DNA from: an uncultured Alphaproteobacteria bacterium
Lineage (GTDB): Bacteria; Pseudomonadota; Alphaproteobacteria; HIMB59; GCA-002718135
Direction: 5' to 3'
Assembly: GCA_902618385.1 (NCBI GenBank)
Contig: CACNAF010000003.1
Coordinates: forward strand, 6,852 to 70,851
DNA length: 64,000 nt
The notes below the pieces were generated by a model. The model ran no database searches and had not been told where the DNA came from. It saw nothing but the letters and a program-made list of their open reading frames with translations. Each line of letters opens with the position of its first letter. The first letter of the stretch is position 1. Positions 14,131 through 25,191 of this stretch are shown here, one piece after another. A program made the position numbers and the translations under genes.

Positions 14131-14595
14131 TTAATTAAATTTATCTTCAAATTCAGCCAAAACAGTCTCATAAACTTTTCTTTTAAAAGGGACAGCATTT
14201 TCAATAAGCTCTGAATGCTCTATCCACTTCCATTCACTAAATTCTGGATTTTGTGTTTCAACATTTATGTCTTCATTATTTCCAGTAAAATTAAAAATAA
14301 ACCATTTTTGAGTCTGACCAATATAAGTTTTTCCCCATGGAAGGTGTTTTAAGGTCTCCTCTGGAATTTCATAATTAATCCACTGTGAAGAAATTTTATG
14401 TAAATCAGCATTATTGGTCCCAATTTCTTCCATCATTTCTCTCCAAACTGCTTCTTCAGGATTTTCATTTTCATCGATACCACCTTGAGGCATTTGCCAA
14501 TATCCACTTGGATGATCTAATCTTCGACCAACTAAAATTTGATTTCTTGCATTGAGAATCATCATTCCCACACATTTTCTATATTTTTTTTGCAT
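14131..14595 (-). CDS. rppH: RNA pyrophosphohydrolase
   Basis: YRKCVG, WQMPQGGID Nudix box REMMEEIG, GQTQKWF, PEFSEWKW, VPFKRKVY. Confidence 0.93.
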   Translation of the reverse strand: MQKKYRKCVGMMILNARNQILVGRRLDHPSGYWQMPQGGIDENENPEEAVWREMMEEIGTNNADLHKISSQWINYEIPEETLKHLPWGKTYIGQTQKWFIFNFTGNNEDINVETQNPEFSEWKWIEHSELIENAVPFKRKVYETVLAEFEDKFN

Positions 14596-14597
14596 TA

Positions 14598-15893
14598 TTA
14601 TTCTTGAGTTTCATTAAAGAGACTTACACCTTGCACAAGATCAAAGGCTCTTCGAAGTTGATAATCAATCTCTAAACGTTTTTCAAATTCACTTAATTCA
14701 TTATCTTCATTTTCTTCTACATCTTCTTCATTATTTTTATCAAGAGAGTCTTTTAGATCCGATTCAGAAAATCTTTTATAATCAAAAGATTCAAATTCTC
14801 CTTGTTCAATGATTATATCTGGAACAATACCCTTGCCTTGGATTGATTCACCTGAAGGAGTATAATATCTGGCGGTAGTTAATCTTATACCAGTTAGATT
14901 ATCACTATTTGAAACTTGGAAAGGAATTATTGTTTGAACTGAACCCTTTCCAAAAGATTGTGTACCTATAATGATTGCTCTTTTATGATCTTGAAGTGCG
15001 CCTGCAACAATTTCAGAAGCTGATGCAGAACCACCATCAATAATTACAACAAGTGGTTTTCCATTAGTTCTATCAGATTTTTTTGCACGATATCTTCTTA
15101 TGTCTTTTTTATCTCTACCTCTTGTTGAAACAATTTCTCCTCTTTCCAAGAATATATCCGTTACCTTAACTGCTTGTGTAAGAAGACCACCTGGGTTTGA
15201 CCGTAAATCTAAAACGTAACCTTTTATTTTCTTTTCTTGTTCAATCTTTTTTATAGCATTTAGAAGACCACTTTCTGTTTGTTCATTAAAAGATGTTATT
15301 CTTAAGTATCCAATATTGTTAAGCACTTCACTTTTAACTGATCTAATTTTGATATAATCTCTGATAATTTCAATCTCAAAGGGTTCAGTATTTGCTCTTG
15401 AAATAGTAATTACTATTGGCTCACCTTTTTTGCCTCTCATTAATTCAACAGCTTCATTTAGAGTTAGACCAAAAACAGGTGTTTCGTCTATTTGAATAAT
15501 ATAATCACCTGCAAGAACTCCAGCATCATATGCCGGTGTGTCTTCTATCGGAGCAATGACTTTCACAAAACCTTCCTCCATGGTAATTTCAATACCTAAT
15601 CCACCAAATTTACCCTCAGTATCCATTTGCATTTCTTGAAATACTTCTTCATTCATAAAACCAGAATGAGGATCTAAACCTGACAACATTCCATCAATCG
15701 CTTTTTCAATTAATTCTTGATCCGTAACCTCTTCCACATAGGAAGATCTTACCCTATCAAATACTTGTCCAAATAGATCTAAATATTTATATTTTTCTTC
15801 ATCTGAAGAAGATCCATATGTTTTAGGTGCAAGAAGTGTAACGAGGGTGAACAGTAGTATTACTTTTAAAAATACATTTTTTGAAATTATCAT
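14598..15893 (-). CDS. ctpA: Carboxyl-terminal processing protease, S41 family
   Basis: LDPHS, PDZ GGLGI, DLRSNPGG, SASASEI, FGKGSVQ. Confidence 0.93.
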   Translation of the reverse strand: MIISKNVFLKVILLFTLVTLLAPKTYGSSSDEEKYKYLDLFGQVFDRVRSSYVEEVTDQELIEKAIDGMLSGLDPHSGFMNEEVFQEMQMDTEGKFGGLGIEITMEEGFVKVIAPIEDTPAYDAGVLAGDYIIQIDETPVFGLTLNEAVELMRGKKGEPIVITISRANTEPFEIEIIRDYIKIRSVKSEVLNNIGYLRITSFNEQTESGLLNAIKKIEQEKKIKGYVLDLRSNPGGLLTQAVKVTDIFLERGEIVSTRGRDKKDIRRYRAKKSDRTNGKPLVVIIDGGSASASEIVAGALQDHKRAIIIGTQSFGKGSVQTIIPFQVSNSDNLTGIRLTTARYYTPSGESIQGKGIVPDIIIEQGEFESFDYKRFSESDLKDSLDKNNEEDVEENEDNELSEFEKRLEIDYQLRRAFDLVQGVSLFNETQE

Positions 15894-15898
15894 ATATT

Positions 15899-16252
15899 TT
15901 AAGCTAGTTTAGTTTGTGAAGAATCAAAGCTTACTTCCCATAATTTTTCTAATGCATATAATTCTCTAATTTCTTGTCGAAACAAATGAACAATGATCTC
16001 ACCTGCATCAACAATTATCCAGTCACATTGAGGTCTTCCTTCAGGATTCGGACATTTTATCCCTGCTTTTTTTAATTTTTTTACCATTTCATCTGCTGTA
16101 GCATCTGAATGTCTAGTTGATCTACAGGTAGCAATCACAAAGGCATCAGCAACGGATGATTTATTAGATAAATCAATTACTTTTATATCTTCAGCTTTTG
16201 CATCACTTAGTATTGATACAATATTTTCTGTTAATGAAGTAATTTTATTAAT
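15899..16252 (-). CDS. rsfS: Ribosome silencing factor; conserved reading frame extends upstream of the tracked GTG (16138) to a probable ATT start at 16252
   Basis: In-frame upstream translation gives ILSDAKAEDIKVIDLSNKSSVADAFVIAT; DWIIVDAGEIIVHLF...RELYALEKLW; downstream of nadD. Confidence 0.9.
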   Translation of the reverse strand: MNKITSLTENIVSILSDAKAEDIKVIDLSNKSSVADAFVIATCRSTRHSDATADEMVKKLKKAGIKCPNPEGRPQCDWIIVDAGEIIVHLFRQEIRELYALEKLWEVSFDSSQTKLA

Positions 16253-16826
16253 ATTTGCCTCTTAATTTATTTCTTTGATTTCTAATTTCAGATGATGAAA
16301 TTTTAATTTCTTTATTTTGAATCAAAGTCCATGCAGGAATTTTTTTTGAAACATGTTCTATGTCTTGAGCTATATATTTGTGATGAATAAATTTTTTTGC
16401 TGCAACACTTTTCAAAGCATTTGTATTATATCCATGTCTTCTAAAAATAACAATAGAGATAATATGAAAAATTGATTGCCATTTTTCCCATTCGTGGAAA
16501 TTAACTAAATTGTCTGCACCTATTAACCAAAAAAATTTAATATTTTTATAATATTGAATTAGGAATTTAATTGTTTGATAAGAGTATTGAGATTTAATTT
16601 TTTTTTCTACTTCTAATATTTTTATAGGAAAATTTTTTGTAATTTGTTTACAATTTTGCAATCTTTCTTCGTATGTTGCAGGTTTTGAAATCTTCAAAGG
16701 GTTCTGAGGTGTAACTAACCACCAAATTTCATCTAGATGTAATACTTTTTTAGCTTCATTTGAAATAAATAGATGCCCTCGATGTGGCGGATCAAAAGAC
16801 CCTCCCAGAAGTCCAATCTTTTTCAA
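16248..16826 (-). CDS. nadD: Nicotinate-nucleotide adenylyltransferase (TTG start)
   Basis: GGSFDPPHRGH, IGADN, ISSSEIR. Confidence 0.93.
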   Translation of the reverse strand: MKKIGLLGGSFDPPHRGHLFISNEAKKVLHLDEIWWLVTPQNPLKISKPATYEERLQNCKQITKNFPIKILEVEKKIKSQYSYQTIKFLIQYYKNIKFFWLIGADNLVNFHEWEKWQSIFHIISIVIFRRHGYNTNALKSVAAKKFIHHKYIAQDIEHVSKKIPAWTLIQNKEIKISSSEIRNQRNKLRGKY

Positions 16827-18076
16827 TTAAGGTCTTTCCTGACCACTACCATTAACTACATATTTAAATGTAGTTAAATGTTTTGTTCCCACTGGTCCTC
16901 TTACATGTATTTTGTCTGTTGAGATTCCTATCTCAGCACCAAAACCAAATTCACCGCCATCTGCAAATTGTGTAGATGCATTTTTAAGTATTATTGCGCT
17001 GTCAATTTTATTATAAAATTTTTCAAAGGTTTTTTCACTTTGTGTAATTATACTTTCCGTATGTCCAGAAGAATAATTATTTATATGCTTAACCGCTTCA
17101 TCAACTCCTGAAACAATTTTTACTGATAAAATTTTATCTAAATATTCTAATGACCAATCTTCTTCACTTGCCGTTTTAAAATCGTTATCTAAAGACTGAA
17201 TATATTCATCGCCTCGAATTTCACAATTTACTTCTTTTAGAGGTTTTAATATTTTCATTGCTTCGTCTTTAATTTTTTCATCAATTAAAAGTGTTTCTGC
17301 AGCACCACAAATTTCAGGACGTCTCATTTTACTATTAAAAACTACTTTTTCAGCAATGCTTAAATCAGCATCTTTATCTACATACACATGACATATACCA
17401 TCTAAATGTTTGATAACGGGTATTTTGCTTGCTGAATTAATTTTTTCAATCAAACCTTTGCCACCCCTAGGAATAATAACGTCAACATAATCTCTCATGC
17501 TTAGTAAATGATCAACTGCTTCTCTTTCAGGTGTATTAATCATTTGGACACAATGTTCTGGGAGGCCAGCTTCCGTGAAAGCATTTGTAATATTATTTAC
17601 CAATTCTTTAGAGGAATGAAAACTATCACTACCACCTCTTAAAATTATACAATTACCAGATTTTATGGAAAGACAAGACGCATCAACAGTGACGTTCGGT
17701 CTGGATTCATAAATTACCCCTAATACACCAAGTGGTGTTGAAATTTTACGAAACTTTAAACCATTAGGTCTTTCCCATTCTTCTAACGTAATGCCAATTG
17801 GATCTGGTATTTCGATTATATCTTCAATTGATGTAATCAATCCATCAATAGATTTTTCAGTTAATGTAAGTCTATTTATTAAAGGCTTAGCTAAAGATTT
17901 TTTTTCACCATTTTCTAAATCTATTTTATTTGCTTCAAGAATTTTATTTCTATTTTTATCTAAATTTTTAGTGAGTTTTGTTAAAGCAAGATTTTTTTGA
18001 TCACTGCTACAGACTTTCATATTTAGAGAGGCAGATTTTGCTTTTTTGCCTAATTCAATAATATTATTTTCAATAC

Positions 18077-18080
<4 letters not shown>
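16827..18080 (-). CDS. proA: Gamma-glutamyl phosphate reductase
   Basis: IYESRPNVT, ICGAAETLL, NASTQFADGGEFGFGAEIGIST. Confidence 0.97.
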
Positions 18081-20174
<2,094 letters not shown>

Positions 20175-20188
20175 TTAATTAATTGGGA

Positions 20189-20446
20189 TTATTGTTCTGT
20201 GGGAACAACTGATACAAAAGTTCTTACTCTTGTTTTTTTAAAAGCTACTTTTCCATTTATTGTAGCAAATATTGTGTGATCCTTACCTATGCCAACATTA
20301 TCACCTGGATGAAACTTTGTACCTCTTTGTCTAATAATAATGTTTCCTGCTATTACGTTTTCACCGCCAAATTTCTTAACTCCAAGTCTTCGACCCGCCG
20401 AGTCTCTTCCATTCCTAGAACTACCACCTGCTTTTTTCGTTGCCAT
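20189..20446 (-). CDS. rpmA: 50S ribosomal protein L27
   Basis: [26 protein letters not shown]. Confidence 0.98.
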   Translation of the reverse strand: MATKKAGGSSRNGRDSAGRRLGVKKFGGENVIAGNIIIRQRGTKFHPGDNVGIGKDHTIFATINGKVAFKKTRVRTFVSVVPTEQ

Positions 20447-20967
20447 TATTTATCTTCTTTTTTAGTTTTAACAGTTTTTTTAACAGTTTTCTTTACTGAT
20501 TTTTTCTTAGTAGGTGAAGCTTTATTTACTGCTTTTTTTGCAACCGTCTTCTTTTTTGTAACTTTTACCTCTTTAGACTCAATTTTTTCTTTAGTAACTT
20601 TAGTTTCAGTTTTTTTAACTTTTTTTGTTTCAGGTTCAGCAGTGGATTTTTTTCCACCATAAGAAATTGATTCTATTCTTAATACAGTTAGATATTGTCT
20701 ATGACCTTGTGTTAGTCTGTAATTTTGTCTTTTTCTTTTTTTAAAAACTATTATTTTTTTATCTCTGATTTGATCAACAATTTTTGCTTCAATTGAAGCA
20801 TCTTTTAGTAATGGCTCGCCTAAGCTATTTGTGCTTTTATCACTGATCGCCAATACATCAGTAATAGACACTTTATCACCTTTGGATCCCTCAAGTTTTT
20901 CTACCTTAAGTACCTGACCAGCTCTTGCTGAGTATTGCTTTCCACCAGTTTTGAAAATTGCTAACAT
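20446..20967 (-). CDS. rplU: 50S ribosomal protein L21 with ~70-aa Lys-rich C-terminal extension
   Basis: [24 protein letters not shown]. Confidence 0.96.
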   Translation of the reverse strand: MLAIFKTGGKQYSARAGQVLKVEKLEGSKGDKVSITDVLAISDKSTNSLGEPLLKDASIEAKIVDQIRDKKIIVFKKRKRQNYRLTQGHRQYLTVLRIESISYGGKKSTAEPETKKVKKTETKVTKEKIESKEVKVTKKKTVAKKAVNKASPTKKKSVKKTVKKTVKTKKEDK

Positions 20968-20976
20968 ATCTTTAGA

Positions 20977-21011
20977 TGGCGGGGTTTATAGTGAACTATG
21001 CTAATAGTCAA
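20977..21011 (-). promoter_or_regulatory. Putative sigma70 promoter of rplU-rpmA with GC-rich discriminator
   Basis: Minus strand TTGACT-N15-TATAAA (or N17-TAAACC) followed by CCCCGCC, just upstream of the ATG. Confidence 0.45.
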
Positions 21012-21047
21012 ATTAAAAATATGGCGTAAATACTGGAAATAAAGACC

Positions 21048-21800
21048 TTAAAAGCTATCCTTTGCTTTTCGCAAATAAGCAAATAATTCAAAGTCTGTAA
21101 AACCTAGCTCTTTCTTAATTATAGTACCTATTTTTGAATTTTGATTCAGGAATAAGTTATAGCGTTGTTCATCATCTAATAAAAAAGGTACGGATTTTCC
21201 TTTATTATTTAAATCATCATTAATTTTGTTTCTAACTGTCAAATAAGAACTTGCTTTTTTGAGTGTTTTCTCAAGAAAATTTAAATTGTTTAAAGTATAT
21301 TCATGACCACAATAAATAATTGTATTTTTATCAAATTCATTAATTTTTTGTAAACTGTTAAACATTTCATTTAATGTTCCTTCGAACACACGACCACAAC
21401 CAAGTCTGAACAGTGTATCACCACAAAATAAAACACCATTGTTTTCATCATAGTAAATTATATGATCTAATGTATGCCCGGGTGTTTTTATTATTCTAAA
21501 TGTATTTAAGCAGGAGTTGACTTCATCTCCATCACGTAAAACGAATCTTGTATTTTCAATCTGAGCACTGGGAGAGTGTATATTAACTTCTGGAAAAGCA
21601 TTAAGTATTCCTTTTACACCTGATGTATGATCTTTATGATGATGTGTAATAAATATATCTTCTATGGTTAAATTGTTTTCAAGAGCAAAATTTAATATAG
21701 GATTACTGTCAGCAGGATCTATAACACAACTCTTAAGTGTGTCATTATATAAAACAAAAGAGTAGTTGTCTTTTAATTGATTTATAATTTCAACTTTCAT
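21048..21800 (-). CDS. gloB: Hydroxyacylglutathione hydrolase (glyoxalase II)
   Basis: DNY, THHHKDH, TPGHT, GDTLF..GCGR, CGHEYT. Confidence 0.93.
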   Translation of the reverse strand: MKVEIINQLKDNYSFVLYNDTLKSCVIDPADSNPILNFALENNLTIEDIFITHHHKDHTSGVKGILNAFPEVNIHSPSAQIENTRFVLRDGDEVNSCLNTFRIIKTPGHTLDHIIYYDENNGVLFCGDTLFRLGCGRVFEGTLNEMFNSLQKINEFDKNTIIYCGHEYTLNNLNFLEKTLKKASSYLTVRNKINDDLNNKGKSVPFLLDDEQRYNLFLNQNSKIGTIIKKELGFTDFELFAYLRKAKDSF

Positions 21801-21807
21801 CTAATAA

Positions 21808-22491
21808 CTAATTTGCAATAACAGAATTTTTTGCAAAAACTTTTTTTGATGATTTAATTTTTATTGGTTCAAAATTTTTATAACTTAATAAAAAGATAGC
21901 TTCGTGAGTGAAAAAATTAACTCCAGTAATTGATTCACTTATATCAAATTGCTTACCTTTTGATGTTAATCCAATACTTTTTTCAATTACAATATTCATT
22001 TCATTACACAAATTCAAAAAATCCTTAATTGTAAAAAAATGAATGTTAGGTGTGTCATACCATGTATAAGGTAAACTTTCTGTTACTGGCATTCTTCCAG
22101 ATATTAAAAGCTGTAATCTTATTTTCCAATGTCCAAAGTTAGGAAAAGAAACTATTGCTTTTGATCCTATTCTTAATAATTCAGACAGAATATCTTTAGG
22201 CTTCATCATTGCTTGTAAAGTTTGACTTAAAATTACATAATCAAAACTATTATTTGAATATTGGGACAAATCTAATTCGGCATTTCCATGTACAACATTG
22301 AAACCTCTTGCAATAGCATTTGCAGCTAGGTCTCTATTTAATTCAATGCCGTGAGTTATCGCATTACGATTATTTTCTAATTGTTCCATAAGACCGCCAT
22401 CACCACATCCAATATCTAGGATTTTTCTATCTTCTGCGATAAGTGTTTCAATAAGAGACCAATCTTTTCTTATGCTATTAATTTTATTCAT
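21808..22491 (-). CDS. metW: Methionine biosynthesis protein MetW
   Basis: LDIGCGDG, LSQTLQA, VSFPNFGHW, WYDTPNIH; coupled to metX. Confidence 0.92.
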   Translation of the reverse strand: MNKINSIRKDWSLIETLIAEDRKILDIGCGDGGLMEQLENNRNAITHGIELNRDLAANAIARGFNVVHGNAELDLSQYSNNSFDYVILSQTLQAMMKPKDILSELLRIGSKAIVSFPNFGHWKIRLQLLISGRMPVTESLPYTWYDTPNIHFFTIKDFLNLCNEMNIVIEKSIGLTSKGKQFDISESITGVNFFTHEAIFLLSYKNFEPIKIKSSKKVFAKNSVIAN

Positions 22492-23632
22492 CTATTTTCG
22501 CAAAGTTGTTTGTTAGGAAACCTTTTATTACATCATCTAACTGTGGTTCCTCTAATAAAAAACTATCATGCCCTTTATCAGTATCAATTTCTAGAAAGCT
22601 TACTTCTCTTGATAGAGAATTTAATTGATTTACAATCATTTTACTTTCTATTGTAGGGAATAACCAATCCGAGGTAAATGAGACAATTAAATATTTTAAA
22701 TGGTTATTTGGATTATGACTAAACTCAATATTTTTTCTAAATGTTTCATCATGATCAAAATAATCCATAGCCCTTGTTAAATAAAGATATGAATTTGCAT
22801 CAAATCTTTCAACAAATGATTTACCTTGATATCTCAGATAACTCTCAACTTGAAAATCAGCATCAAATCCAAAAGAAATAATATCTCTTGATTGAAGTTT
22901 TCTTCCAAATTTTCTATGCATTGCATTTTCGGATAAATATGTGATATGCGCAATCATTCTTGCTACTGATAGACCTCTTTCTGGCACTTCATTATTTTCA
23001 AAATACTTTCCATTTTTCCAAATAGGATCACTCATTATTGCCTGTCGCCCAACTTCATGAAATGCAATATTTTGAGCCGAATGTTTTAACGCGCCCGCAA
23101 TATGTATTATATTTAAAATTTTATCTGGAAAATCGATTGCCCATTGAAGCGCTTGCATTGCTCCCATCGAACCACCAATGACAGAAAATAACTTCTCTAT
23201 ATTTAAATTTTCAATCAATAAAGATTGAGCCTTCACCATATCTTTTATTGTTACGGAAGGAAAATTACCACCATATGCAATATCACTTCCATTTTGTAAC
23301 TCTTTAGGACCCGTTGAGCCAGCACAACCGCCGAGTACATTTGAGCAAATTACAAAAAATTTGTTTGTATCAATTGGTTTATTAGGCCCAACCATTCTAG
23401 ACCACCAACCTTCTCTCCCAGTAATGGGATTATTCCCAGCAACATATTGATCTCCAGTTAAAGCATGGCAAACAAGAATAGCATTAGTTTTATCAGGATT
23501 TAATTTGCCATATGTTTTGAATGCTAGTTTAAAACTATCTATTATATCTCCTGATTCTAGTTTTAAATTAATATTCTGGAAATAGGCTATTTCGCTTTCA
23601 AGTTTTGTGTCAGTAGTAAATTTTGTTTTCAT
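22484..23632 (-). CDS. metX: Homoserine O-acetyltransferase
   Basis: CHALTG, GGSMG nucleophile elbow, RFDANSY, GHDSFL. Confidence 0.95.
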   Translation of the reverse strand: MKTKFTTDTKLESEIAYFQNINLKLESGDIIDSFKLAFKTYGKLNPDKTNAILVCHALTGDQYVAGNNPITGREGWWSRMVGPNKPIDTNKFFVICSNVLGGCAGSTGPKELQNGSDIAYGGNFPSVTIKDMVKAQSLLIENLNIEKLFSVIGGSMGAMQALQWAIDFPDKILNIIHIAGALKHSAQNIAFHEVGRQAIMSDPIWKNGKYFENNEVPERGLSVARMIAHITYLSENAMHRKFGRKLQSRDIISFGFDADFQVESYLRYQGKSFVERFDANSYLYLTRAMDYFDHDETFRKNIEFSHNPNNHLKYLIVSFTSDWLFPTIESKMIVNQLNSLSREVSFLEIDTDKGHDSFLLEEPQLDDVIKGFLTNNFAKIDE

Positions 23633-23680
23633 ATCTTTTTAGTCTAACACTATTTGAAAGAATGAAGGAGGAGTGTAAAC

Positions 23681-23728
23681 GCTTTAGCTGATTATTGCTC
23701 CACCCGCAAGCTGTCTCAAATCGGTGAT
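23681..23728 (-). ncRNA. SAM-II (SAM-alpha) riboswitch in the metX leader
   Basis: Minus strand TCACC-GATTTGA-GACAG-CTTGC-G-GGTGG-AGCAATAATCA-GCTAAAG matches the SAM-II consensus (P1 CACC/GGTG, GAUUU, UUGC, GCUAAA) directly upstream of metX. Confidence 0.85.
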
Positions 23729-23735
23729 AATTGGT

Positions 23736-23763
23736 CTTATATTTATATATCTTTCTAAGTCAA
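23736..23763 (-). promoter_or_regulatory. Putative sigma70 promoter for the riboswitch-metXW transcript
   Basis: TTGACT-N16-TATAAG ending ~8 nt before the riboswitch. Confidence 0.55.
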
Positions 23764-23841
23764 TAAATCGTCATTTTTTAAATTAAATACTACTTTATTT
23801 TGATTTATCGTAAGATAGTTTGTAAAGAAACGTCCAAAATT

Positions 23842-25191
23842 ATGAAAAATAAAGAATTAGACAATTTAAGAAGCAAAATTAATAACATTGATGATGAAAT
23901 TTTATCTTTATTATCTAATCGATCTAAAATTGTTTTAGAAATAGGAAAACACAAAAAAGATAATTCAGTTGTTGATCTAGATAGAGAACAAAAAATTCTC
24001 GACAGATTAAGTTCTAAATTTACAGGATCTTATCCAAAAGATACTATCGTTAGACTTTGGAGAGAAATTTTTCAATCTTCTGAAAAACTTCAAAAGTTAA
24101 CTAAAGAAAATATTCAATCAAAAAGATCTATAGAAAACATTAATGTTTATAAAGGTGGTAAGGCAAAGTTAAATAACAATAAAAGAGTTATCAAACTTTC
24201 TTCAAATGAAAATCCCTATGGTGCTTCACCGAAAGCAATTGAATTGTTGGAAACAAAAAATATTAATCATGATTTACATAGATACCCAGAAATTGATGGA
24301 TCATCATTAAGAGAAGCAATAGCTAAAAATTTTTTTATTGATAATAATAGAATTATTCTTGGTTCTGGCTCAGATGAAGTTTTATTATTTGCAGCTTTGG
24401 CATTTTGTCAAGATGGCGATGAAATTCTCCACGCAAACCACGGCTTTGAGATGTATTCAATTGTCAGTAAAGTAGTTGGTGCAGTTCCAAAAAAAATTAA
24501 GGAAGATGTAAATTTCAATTTAAATATTGAAAATCTCATAGATCAAACAAATGACGCTACCAAAGTAATTTATATTGCATCACCTAATAATCCAACCGGC
24601 ACTTATTTGTCTAGAGACCAACTTGTTAAATTAATGAATAGTATTTCTAAAAATATTATAGTTGTTATAGACGGAGCATATGTCGAATATGTGCAAAAAG
24701 ACGATTATGATAAAGGATTTAGTTTAACGGATGAATATGAGAATATTATTTTAACAAGAACATTTTCAAAAACATATGGACTCGCAGCTTTAAGAGTAGG
24801 CTGGTGTTATACCAGTCAAAAAATAGCTGATATAATTAATAAAATAAAACCTCCTTTTAATACGACAACTATTTCACAGTCTCTTGCAATTAAAGCTTTG
24901 GAGGATAAAGAACATATTGAAAACTCTGTTAAATTAAATTCTGAAATTAAAGATTGGTTTGAAAAAGAGCTCAAACTCCTAAATATTAAAACCAGACAAA
25001 CTGAAGGTAATTTTACTTTAATTGAAACTTCAGCAGAAGAAGCTGAGAAAATTAGTAATCATCTTATGAATGATGGCATTATTATAAGGCGTTTAAATAG
25101 TTATAATCTGCCCAATTTTTTGAGAATTAGTATTGGTACAAAAGAAGAAATGGATTTGACAGTTGAAAGTTTGAAGAAATTTAATGTCTAA
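23842..25191 (+). CDS. hisC: Fusion of AroQ-type chorismate mutase (N-terminal ~85 aa) and histidinol-phosphate/aromatic aminotransferase
   Basis: LRSKINNIDDEILSLLSNR...DLDRE (CM); KLSSNENP, PNNPTG, DGAY.EY, RTFSK.YGLA.LRVG (HisC); single uninterrupted ORF. Confidence 0.88.
   Translation: MKNKELDNLRSKINNIDDEILSLLSNRSKIVLEIGKHKKDNSVVDLDREQKILDRLSSKFTGSYPKDTIVRLWREIFQSSEKLQKLTKENIQSKRSIENINVYKGGKAKLNNNKRVIKLSSNENPYGASPKAIELLETKNINHDLHRYPEIDGSSLREAIAKNFFIDNNRIILGSGSDEVLLFAALAFCQDGDEILHANHGFEMYSIVSKVVGAVPKKIKEDVNFNLNIENLIDQTNDATKVIYIASPNNPTGTYLSRDQLVKLMNSISKNIIVVIDGAYVEYVQKDDYDKGFSLTDEYENIILTRTFSKTYGLAALRVGWCYTSQKIADIINKIKPPFNTTTISQSLAIKALEDKEHIENSVKLNSEIKDWFEKELKLLNIKTRQTEGNFTLIETSAEEAEKISNHLMNDGIIIRRLNSYNLPNFLRISIGTKEEMDLTVESLKKFNV

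Noticed and set aside
20466-20492. Short tandem repeat (AACAGTTTT units) as a CRISPR or VNTR
   Set aside because: It encodes the KKTV repeats in the L21 tail; there are no spacers or cas genes.
23662-23691. Plus-strand AAGGAGGAG and 9-codon mini-ORF opposite the riboswitch
   Set aside because: The SD-like tract lies inside the mini-ORF rather than before a usable start (the nearby GTG is followed at once by TAA); it is better explained as the complement of the metX leader.
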